Source of the DNA: a virus
Length of the DNA stretch: 64,000 nucleotides
Strand: one strand, 5' to 3'
Virus record (IMG/VR): IMGVR_UViG_3300008952_000005
Location: 96,001-160,000 of that record
The notes beneath the pieces are model-generated. The model had not been told where the DNA came from, searched no databases, and saw nothing but the letters and a program-made list of their open reading frames with translations. The position numbers and the translations under genes are program-made. Shown here in pieces: positions 55,317 through 63,710 of the stretch; the first letter of the stretch is position 1; the number at the start of each line of letters is the position of its first letter.

Positions 55317-56258
55317 TTATTTAAACTTACAATTTGCCATTACTTCTGTTAAACAAGCAACCATATTAATCTCTTGGTCTGCTACCCAAACAGACTTATA
55401 TTGATATCCTGCAATAACTAAAACTGCCTGTGGAATAGATTGTGGTTGTAAATGTTTGTATAGTATTTCATATACGTTTGAAAACAATGATGATGGTTCT
55501 TTATCTAGGTTTTGAATAACCCATTTTCTCATATCATTAAATCTTTTTTCTTTTAAAATTGCTACAAGTTTTTTCGTATCTGCTTCAGTTAAACTAAACA
55601 ATACGCCACTATCAATTTTACCTCTTACTGAATATCGTTGAAGTTCATTAATAGTTCTTCTGAAATCTGGAAAGTATTTTTCTATTAATTCTGAAAGGAC
55701 TTTTTTATCAAACTCTATCTTTTCTTCTGTTAAAATACTACACAACCTATTCATAAATTGTGTCGCTACCTTAACTTTATCACCAGTAATAGCAAAATCA
55801 ATAACAGTACATCTACTTTGCAATGCTTTTAATATCTTATTCTTATAATTACAAGTAAAGATAAATCTACAATTCTTATAAAATGTTTCTATGAAATTTC
55901 TTAATGCAGGTTGAACGGACTCTGGATTCATATAGTCCGCCTCATCAAGTATAACAACTTTATGACTTGCTGTTTCAGTTAAAGATACAGTTGACGCAAA
56001 GTTTTTAATCTTATGTCTTAACGTATCTATTTGTCTACCTTCGTCTGATCCATTAATGATAATGTAATCAACACCTAACTCTTCACATAAAGCACGTGCT
56101 ACAGTAGTCTTACCTGTACCTGCTGTACCTGATAGTAATAGGTTTGGGAGTTCTTTTTGATTTACAAACTGTTTAAAAGTTTCTTTTAGTTCATTGGTTA
56201 AAATACAATCTTCAATTTTTCTTGGTCTGTACTTCTCAACCCATAAATTTTCTGCCAT
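55317..56258 (-). CDS. gp44: clamp loader large subunit
   Basis: WVEKYRP, GTAGTGKTT, DEAD, LQSRC, FPDFRR. Confidence 0.95.
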   Translation of the reverse strand: MAENLWVEKYRPRKIEDCILTNELKETFKQFVNQKELPNLLLSGTAGTGKTTVARALCEELGVDYIIINGSDEGRQIDTLRHKIKNFASTVSLTETASHKVVILDEADYMNPESVQPALRNFIETFYKNCRFIFTCNYKNKILKALQSRCTVIDFAITGDKVKVATQFMNRLCSILTEEKIEFDKKVLSELIEKYFPDFRRTINELQRYSVRGKIDSGVLFSLTEADTKKLVAILKEKRFNDMRKWVIQNLDKEPSSLFSNVYEILYKHLQPQSIPQAVLVIAGYQYKSVWVADQEINMVACLTEVMANCKFK

Positions 56259-56271
56259 AATATATTCACTT

Positions 56272-56391
56272 TCATATAATCAACCCTATCAATACTCCTA
56301 TTATAATACCTTCCAACCAAAATGCCCACCTGTGTGAACCTCTTGCTGTATGTTTACAAATAAAAGTACACGTCCAATCTTTTACTGACAT
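56272..56391 (-). CDS. 39-aa membrane peptide (not in ORF track)
   Basis: MSVKDWTCTFICKHTARGSHRWAFWLEGIIIGVLIGLII. Confidence 0.45.
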   Translation of the reverse strand: MSVKDWTCTFICKHTARGSHRWAFWLEGIIIGVLIGLII

Positions 56392-56393
56392 AA

Positions 56394-57059
56394 TTAAAAC
56401 TCACTATCTGGTTCTAATGCTATCCAATATTGTACTGGTTTATTTCTATTAACAAAATGACTTATTCTTTGTTTAGAAATTGCAATATCATAATCATCTG
56501 GTATGATTTTTAAATTTTCTGCTTTGAAATATGCTACAAAAGTTTTATCAGTTGTACCTACTACAGCAGAATAATCGTTAGATGATTTATTCTTTTTATC
56601 AGTTGCAATCATTGTAATATTTTTACCATCACCTTTTACTGCAATGTCTGGTAAGTTCAATGTAACTATACCTTTTAATAAGTCATTAAAACATTTACCC
56701 TTTAATGTAAAAGTTACATACTTATCAGGCATATTAATTGATTTAGTTGGTGCTACAATTACTGATTTATCTGCAAAGAAATACTTAACAGATTGTCTTG
56801 AATTGGCGTCTGATATAACCAATTTGTTAGTACCATTAAATTTGATATCTGATTTAGAAAATAATTCAACTGCTCTTAAAAATTCTGGTAAATCGTATAT
56901 CGCAAATTCTTGCTCAAATTTATTATCTATGTCTGCTTCAGCAAGAATATTCTTTAAAGTAGAAATAGTTTGTAGTTGCTTTCCTGGTTTAACTAAAATG
57001 TTTTTATTAATTTCAGAAAAATTTTTTAAAATTGCAACTGTACTGTTTGATAGATTCAT
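56394..57059 (-). CDS. gp45: sliding clamp
   Basis: ILKNFSEINKNI, FAIYDLPEFL, YWIALE. Confidence 0.93.
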   Translation of the reverse strand: MNLSNSTVAILKNFSEINKNILVKPGKQLQTISTLKNILAEADIDNKFEQEFAIYDLPEFLRAVELFSKSDIKFNGTNKLVISDANSRQSVKYFFADKSVIVAPTKSINMPDKYVTFTLKGKCFNDLLKGIVTLNLPDIAVKGDGKNITMIATDKKNKSSNDYSAVVGTTDKTFVAYFKAENLKIIPDDYDIAISKQRISHFVNRNKPVQYWIALEPDSEF

Positions 57060-57089
57060 ATCAACTCCTTCATAATTTAATCATACTGT

Positions 57090-57118
57090 AATATATCACC
57101 AACCTCACATAAAGTCAA
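57090..57118 (-). promoter_or_regulatory. sigma70-like promoter for gp45-gp44-gp62-regA
   Basis: TTGACT-N17-TATATT with TG extension. Confidence 0.7.
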
Positions 57119-57125
57119 TGTTGGT

Positions 57126-57512
57126 TTACTGAACAGGACAATTTGGATTTTCTGTTAAGTCTACAATAGTAGCATTTGCTGTAACCAATTGGTCTGCTAA
57201 TTGAGTTGCTACTGCTTCTGCTGTAGATAATTCAGCTTGAAATACCGACAATTCATTATTGGTACTTTGTAATACATCACGAATTGAAGCTATTTCCAAT
57301 TCATATGCTTGTATTGTACCTTCTAATCTTGCAATACTATCCAAATATTCTGATTCTACGGCAGAAATACCTACTTCAGCATTTTCTAGTTCTGCTTGTA
57401 ATCCATTAATATCATTTTTTTGGTCTATAGTAACTATCAACAATGCAAGTACAACAACAAATATTGCTATCCCTACACCTGATATCTTCTTTTTTATATC
57501 TTTAAGTTTCAT
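57126..57512 (-). CDS. membrane-anchored coiled-coil protein
   Basis: N-terminal TM then long acidic coiled coil. Confidence 0.65.
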   Translation of the reverse strand: MKLKDIKKKISGVGIAIFVVVLALLIVTIDQKNDINGLQAELENAEVGISAVESEYLDSIARLEGTIQAYELEIASIRDVLQSTNNELSVFQAELSTAEAVATQLADQLVTANATIVDLTENPNCPVQ

Positions 57513-57715
57513 TTATTTTCCTTCTTATCAATTAATTCGCAAGTAATCTCATCTGCTTGTAACCCAGCATTGCTATCAAATATCCATACGTAAGAATAGT
57601 GAACCTGGTCACCTTTTGCTACGCACTTTTTACCGAATGCTATACTTGGATTTTTTATGCTTGAACAAGCGCTTAAGAGAATCAAACTCATTAAAATCAC
57701 TAATATTTTATTCAT
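57509..57715 (-). CDS. small lipoprotein
   Basis: lipobox LSAC; start moved to MNKIL. Confidence 0.65.
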   Translation of the reverse strand: MNKILVILMSLILLSACSSIKNPSIAFGKKCVAKGDQVHYSYVWIFDSNAGLQADEITCELIDKKENK

Positions 57716-57733
57716 AATTTCCTCATTTAGTTT

Positions 57734-57762
57734 ATTATATAACAATAGTATTTATAAGTCAA
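57734..57762 (-). promoter_or_regulatory. sigma70 promoter with nested T4 late promoter
   Basis: TTGACT-N17-TATAAT; TATAAATA at 57749..57756 within the spacer. Confidence 0.8.
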
Positions 57763-57776
57763 TGTTGGTTCGGCCC

Positions 57777-57809
57777 AAAAAAAATAGCGGCGGTTTTACC
57801 CGCCACTAT
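57777..57809 (-). terminator. rho-independent terminator after hsp20
   Basis: ATAGTGGCGG-GTAAAA-CCGCCGCTAT followed by T7. Confidence 0.85.
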
Positions 57810-57822
57810 CTATATTACGTTA

Positions 57823-58272
57823 TTATTTAACGTCTATTGTTTTTAGTTTCTTTTCTTCTGGAATAATCTTCTCCATAGAAACTTTTAACAGTCCATCTTT
57901 CAGTTCAGCACCTTTGACTTTTACGTCATTAGCGATTGTGAAAGACCTTTTAAAGTATCTTTTAGAGATACCTTTATGTATTACTTCACCGTCTTCATCC
58001 TTGTCGGAAGCTTTATCTTCCTTCTTGGTTTCAATAGTTAGCATACCGTTTTCAACATTGACAGTAATGTCTTTCTTGTTGAATCCAGCTAATGCAACTT
58101 CAATATCGTAAGTATTCTTACCTGACTTAACTATATTGTATGGTGGGTAACTAGGTTGTATATCGTTAATGAAATCGTCATCAAACATTGAACCGAAATG
58201 GTCAAAGATTGAATCAAATCCAACCGATACTGGTCTTAACCTGTTAAAAATAGATAATGCTTTATTGGTCAT
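57823..58272 (-). CDS. small heat shock protein (Hsp20/IbpA)
   Basis: YPPYNI, IEVALAGF, HKGISKRYFKRSF, ELKDGLL; AAGGAGG SD. Confidence 0.95.
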   Translation of the reverse strand: MTNKALSIFNRLRPVSVGFDSIFDHFGSMFDDDFINDIQPSYPPYNIVKSGKNTYDIEVALAGFNKKDITVNVENGMLTIETKKEDKASDKDEDGEVIHKGISKRYFKRSFTIANDVKVKGAELKDGLLKVSMEKIIPEEKKLKTIDVK

Positions 58273-58338
58273 AAAAACCTCCTTTTATTAAGCAAAGTTA
58301 TCGTTTATGAGTCCCTTAATGGCAACTCACTACTACTT

Positions 58339-58366
58339 ATATATGTAGTTTCCTACAATATACAAG
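58339..58366 (-). promoter_or_regulatory. RpoH (sigma32)-like promoter for hsp20
   Basis: CTTGTA-N15-CATATAT, close to alphaproteobacterial CTTGAA-N15-CCTATAT. Confidence 0.45.
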
Positions 58367-58419
58367 TAGCGCCGATGGATTTATTTTTAATAGTATGAAT
58401 CCACCAAAATATCTATCGT

Positions 58420-58607
58420 AGTGTCCGCTATTGGTATTGAAACCTTTGGACCTTCTATGGGTTTTAGAGTCTCCCCAAACTCCCACAAAACTCGTAATTC
58501 ATTGAGGTTTTGTTATAGTAGACCTCAAACTACTACCAACTTTCAGATATTAAATCTGCAGGTGTTGGCACCCTTCCACGCCCCAGGACTTATGAACTGC
58601 CTGGTAT
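58420..58607 (-). ncRNA. structured RNA with pseudoknot upstream of hsp20 (manA-motif candidate)
   Basis: H-type pseudoknot GUAGUAG/CUACUAU plus UUGAGGU/ACCUCAA; hairpins CCAGG/CCUGG and CAGAU/AUCUG; visibly GC-richer than flanks; 3' boundary approximate. Confidence 0.6.
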
Positions 58608-58611
58608 AATA

Positions 58612-58619
58612 TATTTATT
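58612..58619 (-). promoter_or_regulatory. late-promoter variant ahead of structured RNA
   Basis: AATAAATA. Confidence 0.45.
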
Positions 58620-58638
58620 CAAGCACAGGCGTGTAATT

Positions 58639-58842
58639 CTATAATCTTGCTTCTCTTAATTTCTGCCTCTTTTTGGCGTTCTTGATACCCTCTTTTTTCT
58701 TTTCTCTTTTAATTTCAGATGGTTTTCTATAGTATTGTTTTAATTTATACTCTTTTAATAAACCTGCTTTAAGTACTTTTTTCTTAAGCACTCTCATTGC
58801 TTTCTCTACATTACCGTGTCTTACTTCTACTGTTATACTCAT
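58639..58842 (-). CDS. rpsU: 30S ribosomal protein bS21
   Basis: VEVRHGNVEKAMRVLKKK...YYRKPSEIKREKKKE. Confidence 0.88.
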   Translation of the reverse strand: MSITVEVRHGNVEKAMRVLKKKVLKAGLLKEYKLKQYYRKPSEIKREKKKEGIKNAKKRQKLREARL

Positions 58843-59030
58843 AATTTATCACTCTTTTCCTTTAACAAATCCTTAATTGGATCTGATAAATTTTCTACTT
58901 TAATTCTTTCACCTACTGCAACATCTTTCGCTGTTTTTAATTTCATCATTATTTGGTCTTCAGGTGTAGTAAAATTACTAATCTTATTCTTCTCTAATAT
59001 CTTCAAAACTTCTTTTTTAGTATGTGCCAT
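58839..59030 (-). CDS. hypothetical protein
   Basis: coupled ORF. Confidence 0.55.
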   Translation of the reverse strand: MAHTKKEVLKILEKNKISNFTTPEDQIMMKLKTAKDVAVGERIKVENLSDPIKDLLKEKSDKL

Positions 59031-59188
59031 TAAAGTATCTTTAATAAAATTATTGTTTGCATAACTAACAAAATAATTGGAAGTATAGTTCTAATTAATT
59101 CCATTGTATGGTTATGTTTATCTAAAAATCTTTCTAACTTATTTCTCTTCTCTTCTCTCTTCTTATATTCACTATAAAAATCGTTCAT
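59030..59188 (-). CDS. 52-aa protein with C-terminal TM (not in ORF track)
   Basis: MNDFYSEYKKREEKRNKLERFLDKHNHTMELIRTILPIILLVMQTIILLKIL; TAATG overlap. Confidence 0.55.
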   Translation of the reverse strand: MNDFYSEYKKREEKRNKLERFLDKHNHTMELIRTILPIILLVMQTIILLKIL

Positions 59189-59896
59189 TTAACTTGCCTC
59201 CTTTTTATAAAATCCGTTTTTATTTTTTCCATAAGCAGTAACACAATTTCTTATTCCTAAATCGTGTAATACATATTGAATTTCTTTTAACTTTTTAATT
59301 TCTTCTTCGTTTAATGTTGCAATTTCATTTATTAATAATCTAGGATTAAGATAACCTTCCGAATTTCTGATATAAGTACTATCAAAATAAGGTTTAAAAT
59401 TATCAATAGTATCTTTTGGTAATGGAATAGTAAATCTTTTAGATTTTGGATTGTTTGGTTCCTCTTTTGTTTTTAATTTATTACGATACATTGTCATATC
59501 ATCTATCATCATAATCCATAATTTATACATATGTTTGTGATATACAGGTTCTCCGTTATCATTATAAAATGGAGCAGTTATAAAAATATATTCATCAGGA
59601 AGTTTTTTTGCATAAAATTTTGCCCAATATTGTTTCCAATTTAATGAAATAGCTCCGTCGGAATTGGTGTGCCAAAGCGTTTGTAATTTCATATCAACTG
59701 TAATTATTTTATTATCTAATTTATATGTCATATCAATTGAAGCAAACCAATTTTTTAATACATTATATATTCTATCATTGTATATTCTTTCTAATACTTT
59801 TTTACCAACATCTTCTCCATAATGTCCCATAATGGCTTTTGCCTTTTCGTCAATTGGTTTATCCCAATTTTTAATTGCTTCTAAACTTCTATTCAT
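59189..59896 (-). CDS. hypothetical protein, possible PD-(D/E)xK nuclease
   Basis: SIDMTY...ITVDMKL; start moved to MNRSL. Confidence 0.45.
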   Translation of the reverse strand: MNRSLEAIKNWDKPIDEKAKAIMGHYGEDVGKKVLERIYNDRIYNVLKNWFASIDMTYKLDNKIITVDMKLQTLWHTNSDGAISLNWKQYWAKFYAKKLPDEYIFITAPFYNDNGEPVYHKHMYKLWIMMIDDMTMYRNKLKTKEEPNNPKSKRFTIPLPKDTIDNFKPYFDSTYIRNSEGYLNPRLLINEIATLNEEEIKKLKEIQYVLHDLGIRNCVTAYGKNKNGFYKKEAS

Positions 59897-59921
59897 AATC
59901 AAATTCTTTCTAGTGTAGTTA

Positions 59922-59948
59922 GTGAAGCGGAGCACTACCTCCGCTTCA
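59922..59948. other. strong intergenic hairpin
   Basis: TGAAGCGGAG-N6-CTCCGCTTCA 10-bp perfect stem, no U tract. Confidence 0.6.
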
Positions 59949-59974
59949 GGACTTTACACTATGATTGAGAGTTT

Positions 59975-61225
59975 TTAAATATGAGCTGATGTATCATTGT
60001 CTGATTCAGCAGCGTCATCTTTTGAGTCACTCTCATCCTCTTTCACTTGGTCAGCTACTTCTTGTTTTCTTTGGTCTTCAGCAATTGTTTCTGCTGTAGC
60101 ACCTCCGTCAACTTTAGAATATAACTCTACAAATGAATTCTTTGTATCTTCATCAAATCTATTAGTACATACTTCAATTGATTTTACTTTATCTTTAAAG
60201 ATAGTAAATGCTTGAACTATGTGGACTAATCTTCTTGTTGAGATAATCTCATCTACGCCTCCGTCAAAGAAAGTTTTTCTTATAACGTCTGCCCAAGTGA
60301 CTAACTTTTTACAGAAGTCTTTATCTTTTTTTCCACTTCTTTCAAGAGTTTTAATTAAGATTTTTTCTTCAATCTTAACACTTGGATATTTCTGTTCAAA
60401 TGTAATCGGAAATCTTTCTAAAAATGCTTCGTTAAGCACGTTAGTTCCGATAAATTTTCCGTCTTCACTACCTTGTCCTTTAGTATTAGCAGTAGCAATC
60501 ACGTTGAATCCGTCGGCAGGTTTCACGAATTTATTAATCTTCTTAACAAAGATTCCAGAACCTTCAAGAATTGGTTGTAAACACATTATCTTATTACTTG
60601 CAAGGTCTATCTCATCAAGTAAAAGAATTGCGCCTCTTTCCATTGCTTCTATAACAGGTCCGTTTTGCCAAACAGTTTGACCTTCTCTTAATCTATAACC
60701 GCCGAGCAAGTCATCTTCGTCTGTTTCAATTGTTATATTGACTCTAATCATTTCTCGTCTGTTTTCGGCACAAGCTTGGGTAACTCCCATAGTCTTACCG
60801 TTTCCTGAAAGTCCTGTAATAAAAACAGGATAGAACATTCTGGATTTGACGATTGATTTTAAGTCAGGATAATTACCAAATGATACGAATACTGAATCTT
60901 TTTTAGGAACAATATCGCCTGTCAAAGAGGAAACAATATAAGCTGCTTCACTTACTTTATTATCTTTAACGGTTTCAGTTTTAGAAACTTTTGTTTCTTC
61001 TGAAACTTTATCATCTATGTTTGGTAATTTAAATAAACCTCTATCTACACGATAAAGTTTATTTTTTGTTAACCATTGTGGTTCGTACTTATGACCAAAT
61101 TCTTTATTGGCTTGTACTAAATCAGCAAGTGTTAACTCAACTTTGTTTGGAAACAACTTCTTAGCGTGTTTAACAAAGTCTATTTGTTTCTGATTTAACA
61201 TAGTGTTTTCACGTCCTTTCATCAT
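59975..61225 (-). CDS. MoxR/CbbQ-family AAA+ ATPase (phage CobS-like)
   Basis: GLSGNGKT, DEDDLLGG, LLDEID, ATANTKG, FLERF, ISTRRL; start may be MLNQK at 61201. Confidence 0.88.
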   Translation of the reverse strand: MMKGRENTMLNQKQIDFVKHAKKLFPNKVELTLADLVQANKEFGHKYEPQWLTKNKLYRVDRGLFKLPNIDDKVSEETKVSKTETVKDNKVSEAAYIVSSLTGDIVPKKDSVFVSFGNYPDLKSIVKSRMFYPVFITGLSGNGKTMGVTQACAENRREMIRVNITIETDEDDLLGGYRLREGQTVWQNGPVIEAMERGAILLLDEIDLASNKIMCLQPILEGSGIFVKKINKFVKPADGFNVIATANTKGQGSEDGKFIGTNVLNEAFLERFPITFEQKYPSVKIEEKILIKTLERSGKKDKDFCKKLVTWADVIRKTFFDGGVDEIISTRRLVHIVQAFTIFKDKVKSIEVCTNRFDEDTKNSFVELYSKVDGGATAETIAEDQRKQEVADQVKEDESDSKDDAAESDNDTSAHI

Positions 61226-61239
61226 TATATTATAAGTAT

Positions 61240-61268
61240 ATTATACAGGAATTTTTTAGAAAAGTCAA
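61240..61268 (-). promoter_or_regulatory. sigma70-like promoter
   Basis: TTGACT-N17-TATAAT. Confidence 0.8.
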
Positions 61269-61308
61269 TATATAAAATACCCTTATTTTTCAATGTTTTT
61301 TTCATTGT

Positions 61309-63630
61309 TTATGCGACCTCCGCTATAAATTTGTTTAAAACTACTCTTGAAACTAGTCGATTCTTCATACTCTTACCGAAGATTCTTTTTAATTCAGCAC
61401 CAGTTCCTTTCTTAATAGTAGCGTCTTGTAAATTAAAGTTCTCAATATGCATTTTCTTACCGTTTAATAAGAAATACTTGTCATAACCGTTTTGTTTTAC
61501 ATCAGCAGCGTTTTCAGTTCTAAATTGTTTTAACATTTTCATTTTCTTTTTTTCTTTATCTTCATAATCAGTATATGCACCGATAAATCTATCCATATCC
61601 CAACGTCTAATTCTTTTAACTATGTAGAAACCGACTATTGTAGGGTTGTAATCTTTTTTAATCATATCTAATAATGTATCGGTCATAGCACTACCGTACC
61701 AACCGTCTGTTAAAACTATCTTTTTATTCTTATGTGTAATAACTACTTTAGATTCATAATCAATACTTCTTTTTAAATAATTATGTCCTTTTTGTTTTGC
61801 GTCTTTAATATCATATTCATCAATTCTTCTAGTAGGTTTATCTGGTATAGGTATTATTTGATTATGTCTGAAACTGTTGGCACCTCCGTCAGTTAAAGTA
61901 ATAAAAGTAAGTTTTTCAACTTTATATTTATTTTGAAATTCTGGTATTAAGTTATTACATACTATCAATGCTTCATTTAAAGGAGTATTTCCTAAATAGT
62001 ATTTGTCTGGTATATTATAGTTATTTCCTTTTGGATATTCCATTGAGTCTCTTCTTCCCCAACGTTGGTCATAATCTTTTGCCATATGAAATAAGTATAA
62101 TAATGCTTCTTCAAATTCATTTTTTTTCATTCTATGACTAACACAATTTACTAATTTAAATTCATCAAAAGCAAAATCACCGTACTTATAATTCCAATAT
62201 TGTTTATCTCTTTCACTTGAATCTCTTTCACTTGTAAAAAAGTATACTTCAAATGGTATATTAACTTTTCTAGTAAATTCAACTAGGTTAATTAATTGAT
62301 TAACAGTATCAGCAATACAATCACTCATACTACCTGACCAATCTAATAACATTATCATACCGTGGTTCTTACCGTCTGGTATAATAGTCATTCTTTTAAA
62401 TATGTCTTCACTAAATTTGTAATTTCTTAATTTTAAAGGATCAATAACTCCTGTTTTATCAGTACTTGCTCTCTTATAAGCACTAGCAGCTTTTTTCATT
62501 TCAAATTCTTTAACAAGATACATAACTGTTTTCTTGTTTTCAGTTCTAAATTTTTTAAACTTATCTAACAACCATCTTTTATATTCCAATGTACCTTCTG
62601 GATAACTTTTCATTGACTCATTAATATGTTTTCTGAAATCGTTTATAAAAGTTTTATATGATACTAAACATTGTTTAAGATTTGGTTTAGGTAATGTTCC
62701 ATATACATAAGAAGTTTTTTTATCTAACAACTGTTCTTTTTTCTGTTCAAAAGATTCATTTGTAATTGCTTTTAATTTTTTAGGTTTAGGGTCTCCGTCA
62801 GCACCTTTGGCGTGTTGTGTTGCTGTTTTTTCTTTTTCTTTTTTTTCTTCTTCTTCTTTATCTTTTAAATCTTTATCAGTTGCTTTTTCTTCTGAATCTC
62901 TTTTATCATTTTTTTCATCTTGTTCATCTGGATTATCAGCACTTTCAGATTTTTGGTCTTGTTCTTTTTTATCTTCTGGATCAGTTGAGTCTTCATCTGA
63001 TAATTCATAATTTTTAATTAATGGGTGGTCATCAAAGTCTGGTAATTTCTTCATTTGTTCAACTTGTTTTTTCTGCCAATTTAACATATCTTTAGCAACT
63101 CTAACAACGTCAGCAAAAGTTTTGATGGCGTCAACTTTTGCTAACCAATTGTTGTTATCGGGAGTAAATATAAATGGTATTCTGTTACTTGATTTACTTC
63201 TTAAATTAATCTTATCAATTAACATAAGTTCTTTATTTAAATCTTTGTTATTCATACCGAAGAAGTTTTGTTTTTCTAATATATCAAAACCGTTGATATA
63301 GTTTCTAACAACTCCTGGGTATTTCTTTTGAATTTTTTTATCTATTCTAGTATCTTCTAATACATTAACGTAAGTTCTTAACTCATCATCATCTTGAATT
63401 TTTTTCCATCCGTCTTGTGGAGTAAATAATGCGTGGGCACATTCGTGAGCAATCAACATATCATAAACATCACCGTGTGATTCTTTAAATATAGGAAGAG
63501 TTAACACACGAGTCTTTGTATTAAAACTTGCTGTTGAAACGTTGTTGTGTTGTATGATTATATTTTCTGTTGCAATTAATTTAGCTAACTGACTTTTTGT
63601 ATCTAAATTTATTGTAGTGCTTTTTTTCAT
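61309..63630 (-). CDS. metallopeptidase-like plus VWA domain protein (phage CobT-like)
   Basis: AHECAH HExxH, NVLEDTRI, acidic linker, LLDWSGSM MIDAS, GNTPL, LTDG. Confidence 0.85.
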   Translation of the reverse strand: MKKSTTINLDTKSQLAKLIATENIIIQHNNVSTASFNTKTRVLTLPIFKESHGDVYDMLIAHECAHALFTPQDGWKKIQDDDELRTYVNVLEDTRIDKKIQKKYPGVVRNYINGFDILEKQNFFGMNNKDLNKELMLIDKINLRSKSSNRIPFIFTPDNNNWLAKVDAIKTFADVVRVAKDMLNWQKKQVEQMKKLPDFDDHPLIKNYELSDEDSTDPEDKKEQDQKSESADNPDEQDEKNDKRDSEEKATDKDLKDKEEEEKKEKEKTATQHAKGADGDPKPKKLKAITNESFEQKKEQLLDKKTSYVYGTLPKPNLKQCLVSYKTFINDFRKHINESMKSYPEGTLEYKRWLLDKFKKFRTENKKTVMYLVKEFEMKKAASAYKRASTDKTGVIDPLKLRNYKFSEDIFKRMTIIPDGKNHGMIMLLDWSGSMSDCIADTVNQLINLVEFTRKVNIPFEVYFFTSERDSSERDKQYWNYKYGDFAFDEFKLVNCVSHRMKKNEFEEALLYLFHMAKDYDQRWGRRDSMEYPKGNNYNIPDKYYLGNTPLNEALIVCNNLIPEFQNKYKVEKLTFITLTDGGANSFRHNQIIPIPDKPTRRIDEYDIKDAKQKGHNYLKRSIDYESKVVITHKNKKIVLTDGWYGSAMTDTLLDMIKKDYNPTIVGFYIVKRIRRWDMDRFIGAYTDYEDKEKKKMKMLKQFRTENAADVKQNGYDKYFLLNGKKMHIENFNLQDATIKKGTGAELKRIFGKSMKNRLVSRVVLNKFIAEVA

Positions 63631-63641
63631 AGTATGTATAT

Positions 63642-63670
63642 ATAATACAGGAAAAAATCGGGAAAGTCAA
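63642..63670 (-). promoter_or_regulatory. sigma70-like early promoter
   Basis: TTGACT-N17-TATTAT. Confidence 0.7.
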
Positions 63671-63710
63671 GTGTTCATTTCCCCTTATTTTATGCGGCTT
63701 CCAGACGATC

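Noticed and set aside
30423-58357. Shared TGTAGGAA...CTACA in two leaders as a common regulatory site
   Set aside because: The stems and loops differ and only two instances exist; compatible with chance in AT-rich DNA
58420-58640. tRNA or two-piece tmRNA in the structured region
   Set aside because: No GTTCGA-type T-arm, CCA acceptor or convincing tag reading frame seen by eye; left to a covariance search
495-63017. Most plus-strand ORFs in the track, and the small minus-strand ORFs nested in real genes (8248..8469, 15814..16179, 24014..24382, 24890..25159, 31955..32137, 48151..48351)
   Set aside because: They are shadows lying within well-supported genes, with no motifs or start signals
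59975-63630. Cobalamin biosynthesis (cobS/cobT) interpretation
   Set aside because: No cobN or other cob genes in the window; the HExxH-VWA architecture fits a generic MoxR/VWA system
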